A stretch of DNA of 64,000 nucleotides, taken from NCBI GenBank assembly GCA_963693365.1, contig CAVNZM010000004.1, forward strand, positions 8,469,093-8,533,092. The letters run 5' to 3'. The notes below the pieces were generated by a model. That model searched no databases. It was not told the DNA's origin and saw only the letters and a list, made by a program, of their open reading frames with translations. The translations under genes were made by a program, and so were the position numbers. Source of the DNA: Amoebidium appalachense. Its lineage: Eukaryota; Protista; Ichthyosporea. Numbering within the stretch: position 1 is the first letter of the stretch; every line of letters begins with the position of its first letter. Shown in pieces: positions 24,670-50,425 of this stretch.

Positions 24670-24889
24670 TCCCATTCCACATCATTATAAGTCTTATTCA
24701 AGCTGGTAGCTGATTGGTGTAATTTACCAACTTTGACATTGCTTGATTGGAGATGGTTTGTAACTCTTAAAAGTTTCTTTTGCTTTCTTGTTGTTATTTT
24801 GAAGTATAAAGTTTTGGCATTTAATTACTTTTTAACTCTTATTCTTTAATCTTTACCATATATGTGTGCCCAGAAAATGCTATTTTTAC

Positions 24890-32268
<7,379 letters not shown>

Positions 32269-32342
32269 GCCTAAACGTAAGACAACACCACCACACGCCG
32301 TTTGCCTCTTAAAGAAACGTTCTTTTTTACCGCAGTATAAAC

Positions 32343-34268
32343 TTAGGCCAGAACGGGGAGGTTGGGGTATTCATAGGCGGAGCCATAGACGGTTCCGTTA
32401 ATGATGAAGTGGAAGTTGGACGGGAAGGTGATGGGCATGTAGTACTTGAGGTCGATCTCGAGGGGCCTGCCGGCCGTGATCGATTTCCAGCCCGGAACCT
32501 TAAGTGACACACGGTGCAGCTCACCGCGCAGGCCGCCAACATTGCCGGTGCCCTAAAATTTCGAAACACAGATTAGTATCGATTTGATGTAATGGTGTTG
32601 GTAAAGTAAATGTTTAAATACAAGGTGTTTATCTATTTATTTATTTATTTATTCATTTGAGGATGGAGACATTTGTGGGGCATCAGGGGGAGGGGAGGGG
32701 AAGGGGGGAGGGGGGAGGGGGGTGGAGGAGGATGGAACTCTGGGGATCTGGGCAACACAAAAACGGGTGGTACGTGTGTGGTTTTTCTTCTTTTTTTTTT
32801 TAAGGGGAAGGGGGGGGAGCGGGGGGGTTGGGAGGAGGCGATGGAGGGAAAGGACAAGAATGAAAAACCCTATCGAGGTTGAGGAAAGCAGAAACGAGAA
32901 AGTGAGGAGAAAGACAACCAGTTTTCTTTAGCCTCAGGGAAGGGGCGGGATGGGGGGAGGTGGAATGGGCAGGGGGAGGGGGAGGGGGGAGGGAAAGGGG
33001 GGGGTGGGGGCGAGGGGGGGGGGGGGGGGAGGGGGGGGGGAGGGGGGGGGGGGGGGAGGGGGGGGGGGAGGGGGGGGGGGGGGGGGGAGAGGAGGATACG
33101 TACAGTGTATGCAGACTTGATGACCTTCAGACCAGCACCGCTCTGGTCACCCATGTTGTCGGGGGTGGAGGCAGGCACGGTAAACTGGATCTCAGTGTTG
33201 CCGGGGATAGCCGTGGCGCCCTTGTTTGCAATCACTAGGCGAGGGTTAAGAGGGTAGTTCTGATCGCCGACCTTAAAGTTGGTGATGCTGATGTCCACCT
33301 TAATCGCCTGTGTGGGCTGAACGGTCCATGCTGGATCCGCGACCTTGTTTCCGTACGGGGAGGCGCCGGCGAAACCCGCCTTCATCATACCGGTGAGCTT
33401 GGAGCCAATGTAATACTCGCCCGATTTACCGACACCACAAGCGGTGGAATCCTTGGCACCCCGCACGCCATTTGTCTTTGCGTAGCAATCGTAGTCACCG
33501 GCAAGTTCCCACATCATCAAACCACCGGCGCCCTTATCGTTAACATACTGAATCTTGCGCGCGATAGACTGCTCGTCTTCAGTAGAGAGGAAAACTTTCT
33601 TGTTGTTGTTCCACAACCACGGCGCCACAGCGACAGAGTCATAGTTGCGTGTGTAGGTGCTGGTGATGTTTCCGTTGGCGGGGAAGCCGTACATGGAAAG
33701 GTAGGAGCCGTAGACGCCATTTTCCAAATTCTTGCAGTGCCACATGGGGTTGGACCCAGCACCCACCTCATCACCCTGAGCGTTGGTATCGTGCCAGATG
33801 TTATCGATACCCATTGCACCGTTACCACACTTGTTCGTGTCCGAACCGCCTGTACCGGGGGGGCACCTTGTCTGATTGGGGAAAGCGGCGCTGCCCCATA
33901 GACCGTTCGGGTCCGCGGCCGGGACAACGTTCTGCCACCCGCGAGAGTAGAAAGGAACACCGATGTTGATGCGACCGGCGGGCATGTTACCGCGGAAGTA
34001 AACAAACGCCCAGTCGGTGTTGAGGTATCCGATACCGCCGTACTGCTCGGTGGTGTAAACCTTCCACGCTGCAAGCTCTGCGTCAAGGCCGGTGTCAAAA
34101 AGGGCGGCGTTGTGGCCCACGTAGTTGTTCCATGCACCGTGCAGGTCGTATGTCATCATGTTGACGTAGTCGAGATACCTGTGTGTGTACGTGTGTGCGT
34201 GTGTTTGTGTTTGGAAGGGGGGGGGAGGGACGGAGGAAAAGGGGGGGGGAGGGGCGGGGGGGGGGGGG

Positions 34269-34299
<31 letters not shown>

Positions 34300-34825
34300 A
34301 AGGGGGTATGCATGCAGGGGGAGAAGTAGAGAGGTAGATTCTGGTCAGTATGACTGGTCGTTCCTTTGTGGAAGTTCCCAAGCACCACGCACGTGCATTC
34401 TCTGCTAACAAACTTTTTTTATAGCTTGGTTCTTTTACAACATGTTTTACGTTTATTCTATCCTCATGTTTACGTGTTGCATTTCTTCGAAGAAAAAGAT
34501 TGACCCCCGGGGCTTGCTAGAGGAGGGGAGAGGGAGGGGGAAGGGGGGATCCCTTTGGGGGGACTCGGAGCAAGGGGGAAGGGGGGGAAGGACGAGGGGG
34601 GGGGGGAGGGGGGGGGGGGGGGTTGGAGGGAAGGCACAGAGAGAGAAGGGGAAGCAGGAGAGAAATTCGCTTCTTCTTTTTTTTTTTCTTTTTTTTTCTT
34701 TTTTCTTTTTAAAGTTTAGGACAAGAGAATCAGTGGGTATAAGAGGGAAGGGGTGGAGCGAGTAGGGAGATGGACGAGAAGTGGGAAGATAGACGGTTGG
34801 GGGTGTTTTTTCTTTCTTTTTTTTT

Positions 34826-34872
<47 letters not shown>

Positions 34873-36768
34873 GGGCGGGGAGGGGGGAAGGAGGGATACA
34901 CACCTGGTGACCTGCATCATCTCCATCCCCCGGAGCATGTAGCCAGACGACGGGGAAGCGATAGACAGAAGGTAGTGTTTGCCATCGGCAACGGACGCTT
35001 TATCGAGCTCCTCACGCAGAGTACGCATGAGCACAACATAGCGGGGGGAAAGGGTGGCGCGAAGAGTGTCGGAAAGGGCAAAATCATCTGGGTTTCCAGC
35101 CTTGAACATCGAGGTAGGGTACTCGTAATCGATATCCACACCGTCAAACTGGTACTTGCGGATGAAATCAACACACGATTTCGCGAACGTCAGGATCCCA
35201 GCATCCGTCTTTGTCATTTCGTAGTATCCGCCGTTTGCAACACGGGTTCCGTCGTCGGCGAAGTACCCACCGGTCTCGGCCCAACCACCAATAGAAACGA
35301 GCGTCTTAACGCCGTTTGTGCGCTTCTTGTACGTAGCAAGAGCACCAAAGTGACCCTTGAAACCAAGAGTAGAATCAATGTCCACGCCAGGCCACGTCAA
35401 ACCGGTTGCGGCGTTGCTCGGGATATCGCCACCAACAGACACCTTGTTGTCCTGAATATGCGCAAAGGCATAGTTGATGTGCGACAGGTTCTCCCATGGA
35501 ATATCGCTAGCAAGGTACCGCGCCTGGCCGTTCAAACCGGTGCGCCAAGCCGTGAAGTAACCAATCACGCGCTTAGCGAGGCCATTGGGCAGCTTTTCGC
35601 GGCCGTTTTCGTCATAGACGGAGCAGTAGGGAACATCAAGGTTGTTTGTCCGCTCAAGGCCGTCCGGGCGGCACTTCTCATGGAGGAATGGGCTGGTGGG
35701 TACAGGGATGGTGGTCGTAGGACCAGTTGTGGTGGTGCCAGCATTAGAGGTGGTGGTGGTGACGGGAGCGGCAGAGGTAGTGGTGGTGGTAGCGGGGGCA
35801 GTGGTGGTGGTGGTGGTGGGTGCGGTGCAACCGGCAGGCAGAACCATGGCACAGTATGAGGGGGTGCTGCAGCCATTGTTCTGCTGAAGGCACCAAGTGA
35901 CACCCGCAAGTTGGGGCTGGAGAGCCGTGCATACTGGGGTGCAGCTGTGATGGAGGGGTAGAATAAGAAGGTGGGTGTTAGTGAGTTGTTAAACTGGTTT
36001 GTGGGTGGTGTGTTGGACGAGATTGTGATTGTTAGAACTGTAGCGAAAAAGAATGCTAAGACGAAGAACGCTACATGCAGCTTCTTAAATATCTGACAAA
36101 ATTCAAGATGGTAGCATTATCCGAAATATATATTTGATGCACGGAAGAAGTATGTTAGTAAGTGTGTGAATTTGGTCATTGCAGCAGTTGCAGTAAGTCC
36201 GTGCTGACTAAGCCGTCCATCACGATGTTGTGCAAACGCGTGCCGTGCTTTTGAAATTCGGGCCCTCAAAAATCTTCACTAATGTTTCTCATTGAGCAAG
36301 ATTTGCTATAACAAAGATGATACTTTCTGATACCGCCCATATAGGCAAACCTAGAACAGTACCCTAATACAAGAGGACAACAACCACGGCACGGTATGCG
36401 ACTTACTTGGAAGGAGTTGTGGTAACCACTGCCTGGGTGGTGGTGGTGGTGGTTGTAGTTGATGCGCGGGTTGTCATAGTGACCGGGGCAACCGTAGTTG
36501 TGGTTGTAGTGGGCTTAGCGGAAGTGGTGGTGGTGGTGGTGGTGGTGGTGATGGGACGTGCAGTGGTAGTATTAGTTGTGCTGCCACCCGTTACACAAGC
36601 ACAGTAGCCGGCCAGGTTGCATCCGGGCTGACCCTGGCAGTAAGCCAGACTCACACGGTTGTAGGGGTCGGTGACTGTGCATGTGCCGGCGCAACCTGCC
36701 TGGCGGATAGAAACCGCCCCCACGGCGGACGCAGCCGCGATGGCCGCAAGCATTGATTTTAGGAGCAT
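32343..36768 (-). CDS. Secreted GH18 chitinase (~895 aa): signal peptide, two Cys-rich modules with Thr-rich linkers, bacterial-type GH18 domain, C-terminal ChiC-like domain
   Basis: Phase-consistent exons 36407-36768, 34904-35944, 33104-34178, 32343-32552. Motifs [15 protein letters not shown], catalytic [25 protein letters not shown]; C-terminal GDQNYPLNP...[17 protein letters not shown]. Confidence 0.93.
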
Positions 36769-36889
36769 TTTATGTTTTGTTTGGTGATCCCAATTGCTGC
36801 GCTGTTTTGTACTTGGCGTAGCTTTGGCCCTGAGTTATGTGTGGGTATCTGAACACTGCAAGAGTGATGTCTCCAACTGGTTGTGTGAT

Positions 36890-37015
36890 GGGTTTATATA
36901 CCCAGGAGGTGCCCAATCATTCGCTAATCTATTGGTAGAACCTGACCCAATCATAATTCGGTAAGCCCCATTCAAAGATCTTGGCAGGTATCTACCCATG
37001 ATTTACAGCCAATTA
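36890..37015 (-). promoter_or_regulatory. Putative chitinase core promoter: TATA box plus CCAAT cluster
   Basis: TATATAAA on the - strand at 36893-36900, ~130 bp upstream of the ATG; several CCAAT/ATTGG within the next 120 bp. Confidence 0.45.
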
Positions 37016-37642
37016 TCAGAGTGAGCGAGTGACACAAAAATGCCAGTGTTCACCAGTGATCACCAGGACATTCAGGCCGGACAGTGATGCTCTGTCACCT
37101 TAGTAAAAACATAAATTTTGGGTTTAAAGATTTTTGGAACTAATAAACAACTTTCACCAAACGTCTTAAGTTATGTCTTTTCTTTTTGTTAAAAATCTGC
37201 CAACAGCTCCCATACTACATAACATAACTTCCCATAAAACCAATGATCGCGACCAATGAAAATCTAGTACAATGCTGGGGATAACTCCTTGTAGTCTATT
37301 CTAATAAGTTTTCGAAATAACATGTATAGCCTAAACTTCTTCATATACAAATGGCCATATGTGTTGCTCACAACGCATTATTTGTTACAACCACCATCCA
37401 TTCCGAATGTCCTCTGGAGTTCTGAATCTGGGCGCCCCCTGCTGGACATCTCGACCAATGGATAGGTAGATTGGCACATCCAGAGCTCTATCAGTGAGAT
37501 CATTGGTTAAAACGAAAGCCACTTAAATACAACCCCTCCTGACCATTTTTGGAAGGAGCTTCGACCGCGCGAATCGGCGCGATCAAGCACTTTCCACGCA
37601 GCCCAAGTGTAGGTAGACCTTGGCTTTGCTGAGCTCTCGTCA

Positions 37643-42948
<5,306 letters not shown>

Positions 42949-43106
42949 GCCGTCAGACAACAACATGATGATTTCATAGACCACTCACATGTTGATAACA
43001 CACGTAATCTCAATATTTCAGTCACACACCAAATAACTATACGTACAGGAGCACAGATCATGATATGGATGAACACATATCAGTATCATTACTGAATGCC
43101 ATAGCC

Positions 43107-44841
43107 TTATGCAGCACGATTTATGTTCTCCTTGCCCACTGCAAGCCCAGTATGCCCCATGCCCAACTTACGGAATGCCTTTGCCTTTTTCAGCCCGCAG
43201 GCGTTGCATAGTGCAACCTTCTGGCCCTGGTACACGCCGTACCGCCACTGAGAGGAGGCTGTTGCGGAACACGCAAAGCACATCATCGGCTGCGTTGTGT
43301 CGCGGGCCGGGGCATTCGAGTTGATGGTGCGTGGTGGTGCAATGAGGGAATCGAGTGCAAATGGATGGGAAATGTTTGTGGCAGGACAGGCAGATGCAGG
43401 TGGCTGCGAGTTCTTGAAGGCTGGGGCCTGTACAGTTTTGGGGGTCTTCTTTCGTTCAACTTTTCGTTTCTTTGCCGGCCGATTCGTGGATATGCCCGTT
43501 GATTCGGTGCACTTGTCTCTCCTGCCGGTCTTCTCCCACGGCATGAAGGTGTTTTGCTCGTACTGGGGTGTTGGTGTCACGATGGGCAGAGGCTGGGTGT
43601 GCAAGTTGAGAGCCAGGTAAGGATTGGGCGCAACCTGCTGTACGTGTGTGAGAGTTGCCTCCGCGCGAACGTTGACATTCTGTAGGTAGGGTTTATCAGA
43701 GGGAGGATTAACTGTGGTGGTATCTGTACGGAAGTAAGGGTAGGGGTTGAACATCTGCTGCTCACTGGATACAAACTGTGACTCATCGACAACGAAACTG
43801 TTGCCACATGCAGGTAATTCCACGGCGATTCCGGTCTGGAAGTAAGGGTTGTTGGATTGGGTGGAGGGTGGTTGGGGTGCGTGCAGGACACTTGGCGCGG
43901 GTGTGGGCTTGTCGATGGTTTCAAAATTGGGCGGGTTGGGTTTGACAACGTGCTCGGTGATAACAGGAGGAATGGTCGGTTCGTTTTCGTTGTGATGTGT
44001 GTGGGTGCTGGATTGATGCACCTGGTATATGTTCCCTGAGTCCGCGACTGTGTTGGGTGCTGTTGGCGGGAGAGTGCCGTTGTTTGTCATCAGCTTCATG
44101 AGAAGCCCACGAAGAACGGAAGCCACGTTCCTGCTGCTACGGAGGAGGGCAATCTGGAACGGTGTTTTGCCCGTCACGCTGATGGGGCTGATGTCTCCGC
44201 CCATACGAAGGACCAACAGCGCCGTGCGGACATCATCATTTACCGCTGCCCAGTGCAGAGCAGTCCATCCACGGCGGTCGGCACATCTGCATATATGCAA
44301 AACACAACGTTAAAACTATAAGTTACCATCCGGATCGGGCCTTTAAGTATGTTCCTTTGTCACCGTGCATGCCGCCTATGGGTTTAGAAATCCGAGGATG
44401 GAGAGGTTCAAGAGGTTCCGGACCCAAACGATAATACTGTAGTACGGTGCAAAAAGCGAGAAAGGTCGGTTGCTGCTAAAGGCTTGTCAGTGGTGGGAGT
44501 GAGAGTTGGGTGCATTTTATGTTACCAAGAACCTGGGGGGGGGAGGGGGGATCTGGTTCGAAGGGTAAGGCGGGGGGAGGGGGGGAGGAGGGGAGGTAGG
44601 GGGAGAGGGGGGAAGGGGGGGAAGGGGGGGGGGGGAGGGGGGGGGGGACGATAAGTAAGGGAGGAGGTGCATGGTGCAGGCAGGCCGGGAGGGGAATAGG
44701 GAGCCAGTGGATGGGTGAGTGGATGGGCTTGTTGTTCGCAGTGATAGTTATGTGGGGCGGAGTTTAGCAGCCGAAAAAAAGGGCAGAGAAGCGGGGAGGG
44801 GTCTTTTTTTTTTTTTTTTTTTTTTTTTTGTGGCGCAGGGT

Positions 44842-44901
<60 letters not shown>

Positions 44902-45024
44902 GGTGTGGGGAGAGAGGAAGGGTAAAGAGGCGGAAGGGGTGGGTGGGGATGACCCACGGTGGGTGGGTGGGTGGGTGGGTGGACGGTTGTGGGGGTGGGT
45001 GGGTGGGTGGGTGGCTGTGTGTGT

Positions 45025-45072
<48 letters not shown>

Positions 45073-46332
45073 GAATGGGAGGGGGGAAGGAGAGTACTGT
45101 AAGCCAGAAGTATACAATCCGGGTATGGATAAAACTGACCAGTCTGGCGTGTGTCATCATGAACACTAAACAATATTGATCTCTGTGAGGCTGTTGGAAG
45201 GGCACCCGCCCGTGAGGGGGAGGGGAGCCTGTGGGGAGAGGGCGAGGGGCAGAGGGAGGGACGGGGGAGGGGGGAGGGCTGCCGCGAATGGTACGAGGAA
45301 AGGAGGGAGGGCCTGGTGGGAGGCGGGGGAGGGGGAGAGGGGGAAGGGGGAGATCTGGGAGGGTTCGGGAGGAAGGGGGGAGGGAGGGGACCTTACTGGT
45401 CAGACGAGTAAAAAAACAGATTTTGGAATCGCTCAGTTCACCTTGCCAAAGTGAAGGTGGAGATGTGAAAAAGTAGGCGAGGTTTACCTTGGGTCTGCAC
45501 CAGCTGCAAGGAGCAACCCCACAACGTCTGCCCGCTGGAGCTTGGCAGCAAGAATAAGAGGGGTGTCTCCATCCATGTTGACAGAATTGAGGTTGGCGGA
45601 ACGCTGCTGCAAAATGGTGGCGACGGTTTCTGTGCTACCTGTTGCGATGATGTCAAATAGAGCAAAGTTCCACGCTGACACATCAACACCCGGCCGAAGG
45701 AGGATTGAGCCGGAAGGAACGGTGACAGGGTTCTGTGCATCTCCGGGGGCCAAGAGAGGCTGCAAACGTCCCGGGCGGAGCCATGCTGGCTGTTCGACAG
45801 GAAGAGCACCAGAAGCAAACTGTGGGTTTTGGTCCAAGTTAGAAGTTGTGGTGCTCAGTTTGCTAATCTTGTGTGTTGGGGTGGAGGCGTGGAATGAAGC
45901 CTTTGGAACGGTGGCAGGTGGAACTTCTACGGAGGGAACTGAACAAACGAAAGGCTTGGGGATGATAGGGTTGGCAGGCTGCTTGGCCGGTGAAGAGGTG
46001 GAGCCGTTCTGCACGGGAAGTTTTGGCTTTCGATGTTCCGCCAGTGGCGGGATGTCGGAGAGTCTCTCTGTGCTAGTCTTACTGTACAAGTGCGACACCC
46101 CTGCCTGCTCTTTCTTGTCATGGATGCCGGTTTCATACGTGTTTGCAGAGGGGTTTGTGTCTGTGGAATCGTGTTTGATGCCTGTAGCACTCGCAGGTGT
46201 GCTGCTCTCGGCAGGATCTACAGTTGTCCCGTTTTCCAGCTCAATAGCCGTCGTGCAATATGAATTACCATAGAAGATAATAGCATTGTTGGTAGCATCG
46301 GTAGCATCGTAGTATGCTGCTGGTTCACACAT
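43107..46332 (-). CDS. Ankyrin-repeat plus GATA zinc-finger protein (~674 aa, 2 exons)
   Basis: Exons 45488-46332 and 43107-44286 join as GADPR|CADRRGWTALHWAA; ankyrin motifs DGDTPLILAA, GWTALHWAA, GKTPFQIAL; C-terminal CFAC-x20-CNACGL. Start codon uncertain. Confidence 0.88.
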
Positions 46333-48093
46333 CTCGGCTTGCTCTGTTCTCGCTGTTGTGGCTGCTGGGGGAGTAGTAACAGAAGCGGGTGCAATCGTGT
46401 CCGCTGCGACGATGGACTCCCCCAGCGTAGCTGGGGGGTGCCCGGGTCCATTTTACAAGTACTTGTTAAAAGTTTCTCAAAGCTTGAAGGTTAATTAAAT
46501 AATTACAACTTTATTAAAACCTACTCAGATATATATGCATAGGCCTAGCTGGGTCTCAGCTTACATGACAGAGTAGTGCTTGGTTGTTCCCATCTGCACG
46601 CAGAAAGGAAACATAAAACTTCCGTCGTACAAGTAGGCGTTGAAGGCGGGGCCTATTTTCCCTGTTAACGTTTGAGTAGAGTCTGGGTTTGAAGAAAACC
46701 AGTATCAACATGCACCTAGCTCTCCCTAAATTTATCACGTGTCGCTTGGCAATTTCTGACGCTCAGGTCTGGTGTATGCTTGCTTTTGTTGTCACGTTGC
46801 GTGCGCACGAGCAAAATCCATGCATGGAATTCTGAGTTCACATGGAATGGCGACACGAAACTGTCACGTACAAAATTCTAAATGAGTGAATAGTAGGTCA
46901 ACTTGGCACCACTAAATAAGAGCGATGATGGCGACACTTCTTCCCGTGAGCAGAAGAAGGATCTGGAGGTGGCTCAAATACCTTAAATTTTCCTAGTGAA
47001 CGGCTCAAATTCTCATGTGATCACGTGGTTATATAAATAAAGTTGGGTCATGGGAACGACGCTGTTTGCGCCACGGCTATGTCAAGGTGATGATGGCGTA
47101 TGCATGCGAGCTCGATGAGCCAGGGGAAAAGACGGAAGCGTGCGCTGGTGTGCGTGCACCATCGCGACGCGAGCTGTTGCCGGTGGTGGCAAGTTGCAAC
47201 TCCCTGGCCGGGATAAGGGTGCGTTCCGGGCCAATCAACTTCATGCTGGGGCAATTGAATTTCTTTTTTATATATATTGACTTTAGGCCTTGTGGTTTTG
47301 GGGTTTACACACTTTTTATTGCGTAGACACTGCCGGAGGCCCAGCCACATTCGACGGCCTACTGCGTTTTCCAGCACAGCCAAGAAAAAGTTGGAACGCT
47401 TCACGTTTTTGCGTGTCATCCTTGCGCAGTGGTTTTCTAACGGGAGGAGGCCGTGGTGAGAGACGAAGATCCACCGAGTGGCATTGCGGTGAGGTGATTG
47501 GTTATATGTCATGCATTAGTTGTGTTGGATTGCTGGTTTCCATATATAGTTAGTGTGGTTTGGTTTTGATTGCATGTTCTGATTTGGTCAGATTTAAAAG
47601 CATTTGATTGGTTTCTTTAATCTGGCTTCAAATTCCAAATGCATCGTGGGAACGGGTATAAAATGGAGTACATTTCGTTTGGATTTCAGTCTTAGCGTTT
47701 GTGTGAGTGTCTGGCATCAGAGGTAAAAGGGATTTGTAGAGTTAGTTGGTTGAACTAAGTTTGGTGGTGCTAGTGTAAAAGCGCACAAACTAGTTGCCTT
47801 AGCTAGCTGTCCTTTTCTGTTGATTTGATGCGCTCATATGTTCGAAGGACACGAAAAAGAGATATCCCAGATATCTCGATTTTTTTATTTTAATAATGAC
47901 TTTATTGATGTGCTCATATGTTCGAAGGACACGAAAAAGAGATATCCCAGACTTTTTTTTTTTTTATATAAGTTGTGAATTCCTTTTTTTTATAATGACT
48001 TTATTGATATGCTCATGAAAAGAAGCAAGCCGGAGACATCAAAGATATCTCAGAAAAGAAAAAAAAAACCCCCTACCAACGTATACGGAGGAG

Positions 48094-48134
48094 CACGGCC
48101 ATCTAGAAACACCTGGTGTTTCTAGATGGCCGTG
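48094..48134. mobile_element. 41-bp palindromic mini-element with 8-bp TSD
   Basis: CGGAGGAG|cacggccatctagaaacacc t ggtgtttctagatggccgtg|CGGAGGAG; perfect 20-bp arms. Confidence 0.8.
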
Positions 48135-48150
48135 CGGAGGAGATAACGAT

Positions 48151-48345
48151 TCAAATAACCATACTTGCATATCTTTCCGTTGAATAAATCCAGTCAAAAG
48201 AAAAATAACCATACACCCTAGAAAACTCGTTAAACATATGGTGGTTTAACAGATAGTCAATAGAAGTAATATCAGGATTATCTAAATAGGCTAGTCTTCG
48301 AATTTCTAAAGGAAGCATCTGAGATAAATAATTATCTAGATGTTT
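48151..48345 (-). pseudogene. Possible retroelement gag-like remnant
   Basis: LDNYLSQMLPLEIRRLAYLDNPDITSIDYLL loosely resembles the capsid C-terminal L-P-x-E-I-R...N-P pattern; lies in a repeat-rich, intron-free region; no pol seen. Confidence 0.2.
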
Positions 48346-49415
48346 GTGAATTTCTTTTTTTTTTATAATGACTTTATCGATGTGCTCATGGATAATAGAG
48401 AGGCGAGATATCGCAGATATCCCGGAATAAAGAAAAAAAAGCTCGAGGGATATACCGGACTTTGGATAGAAGATACATGTTATTTTACAACACAACTCAG
48501 AGTAGCGAAACTCATAGTAGATACGTGTAAAGTATAAGTTATGATCAGAGGGGTCACCTCGGGAGGAATGCATATGAGTTCAGAAATACTGTAAGGACAG
48601 AGACATGGTCAAGAACAAAAAAGGTTTTCACTAAGGTCGTAAAAAAAAAAAAGAGGAAGCTCAGGTGTAGAAAAACGAGGAGGAGAGCGCAAGCCTTAAG
48701 TGACTAGATTGCCCCATCTGGCCACGAGGATGCCTAAGCTACAATCTGCAAGGAACCTATCTACTTAACTTCTCCAATGGCAGAGCCCGCCCGGAGTTCA
48801 CGTAAACCCTGCCAACAGAGTGGTCTTTCGATAGATTACTCAAGGGCAATACAGAACTCGCTTGAACACGAGAGTAGTCCCAGACAAGCCCGCCCGAGTT
48901 CACGTAAACCTGCCTAGGAAATCTAACGGTCAAGCAAGGTAGCCTAGCTGTAACAGGGCACGCAAAAGAGAAGACACAAGCAGGGTGTGTTCCAACGAGA
49001 AATGATGCTACAATGCTCAGCAACCGCCGCAGTGAAACCTCGTGACGATGGCCAACCAGGGAAACTTCTCGGCGTCCTACTCAGCCACCAAACCACCCCA
49101 AACGCGTGCCGCGGAGTGACCAAGTCCTTGCCGCATTTCGGAGAAGGATGCAGAGATGGAGACAACATAGAAGGAGACAAGCAAGGACCCAATCAACCGA
49201 AAAATTGATGTGAAAGGAAAATGATCGAAGTGAAAGTGAAGTCCCCAGCATATCACAACCGCGTGCCGAAGGCAATCGTAGAACTCAACCCGCGAGAATA
49301 CACCTGCTCGCAATTAAGTCCCTCCGCAGCGTGGGACTTCCCCCCTGCCACAAAAAAGAAAGATTTTTTTTATTATTTTTATTATTATTATTATTATTAT
49401 TTATTTTTTTATTTT

Positions 49416-49495
49416 ATCCCGTTTCACTCCCGGCGAGGCACTGCCTCAGGGGAGCTTACCGTCTTCCGCCTAGACACAGATCGTACTGTATAGCA
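49416..49495 (-). mobile_element. SINE/LINE-3'-end-like repeat, copy B, with a (TAA)n tail
   Basis: atcccgtttcactcccgg...taccgtcttcc...gtact, preceded by (tta)n. Confidence 0.5.
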
Positions 49496-49864
49496 CACTC
49501 ATAAGTCAGGATTCTAATTGACCCCAACTGGCACTATTTTTAGTTACGCCTTATCCCACGGTTCTAGCCGCAGCAACGCTAGTGGGGACCACAAAAAGAA
49601 AGAAGCGAAAGCTCTTATATACCCTGCATGGCAGAAACTGAAAAATTGATGTGAAAAGAAAATGATTGAAGTGAAATTGAAGTCCACAAAAAGAAAGAAG
49701 CGAAAGCTCTTATATACCCTGCATTGTGAATTTCGGCCATACAATACAGCACTCTCTGTTCGATTATAAGGTATTTGGCTGCATTATATTCTCCTTTGTT
49801 TTGTTATAAACCATTTGTTCCCAATTTTTTTTTTAAAAGTGATCGATCGATGCATGTTTCAAAA

Positions 49865-50425
49865 TATGGCACAAGTAAGGGTATCTGATGTAAGACTATC
49901 AGTTCACTCTATATTGGAGGGTTTTCGGTCTTCAACCACTCCCTCATGCCTCGAACTTTGAATTCGGCTGGCGACTCATACTGAAACGCCCGATGGGGGA
50001 GTCCTGACTTCTCGGCGCCCTGCAGCTGAAATTCTGCGCGTTATCTATCAAATAGTTCCAGGCTATGTCTGGTCCGTAGACACGCCTGACAGGGGAAGGA
50101 GCACTTGGGAGCGGAGAACTATGCCGGTTTATTCCCGGGCCCAAATTGAGTCGATGGTTTAAAACCAAAAAAAAAAGAGGAATATAAAAGCTTGGAAAAC
50201 CTTTATGAGGTTGAGCTTATCCTGGGCTGTTGTGAGAGCATGGAGATTAGAGCAAGTGAAAACGGCAATCGAATTCGATATGTGGGAGATATACCAAATC
50301 TGTGTTTTGGAGTTTGGTAGGAACAGTTACGTAACTGAAAGTAATGGCTTGTGATTGGATAGATAAGGTTTGCGCCATTTTGAAAAAGACCAGGCAATAC
50401 ATCAGATACCCTTACTTGTGCCATA
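49865..50425. mobile_element. MITE with perfect 28-bp TIRs (including the flanking TA)
   Basis: tatggcacaagtaagggtatctgatgta (49865-49892) is the exact reverse complement of 50398-50425. Confidence 0.8.

Larger units (their letters stand above)
47825..48430. repeat. Degenerate direct repeats (tataatgactttattgatgtgctcat / gaaggacacgaaaaagagatatcccaga)
   Basis: Units recur at ~47830, 47890, 47990 and 48364. Confidence 0.7.

Noticed and set aside
45542-46273. 243-aa plus-strand ORF
   Set aside because: Antisense to exon 1 of the ankyrin-GATA gene.
47048-47553. CpG-rich short ORFs on both strands
   Set aside because: No recognisable domain or codon bias; more likely promoter or repeat sequence.
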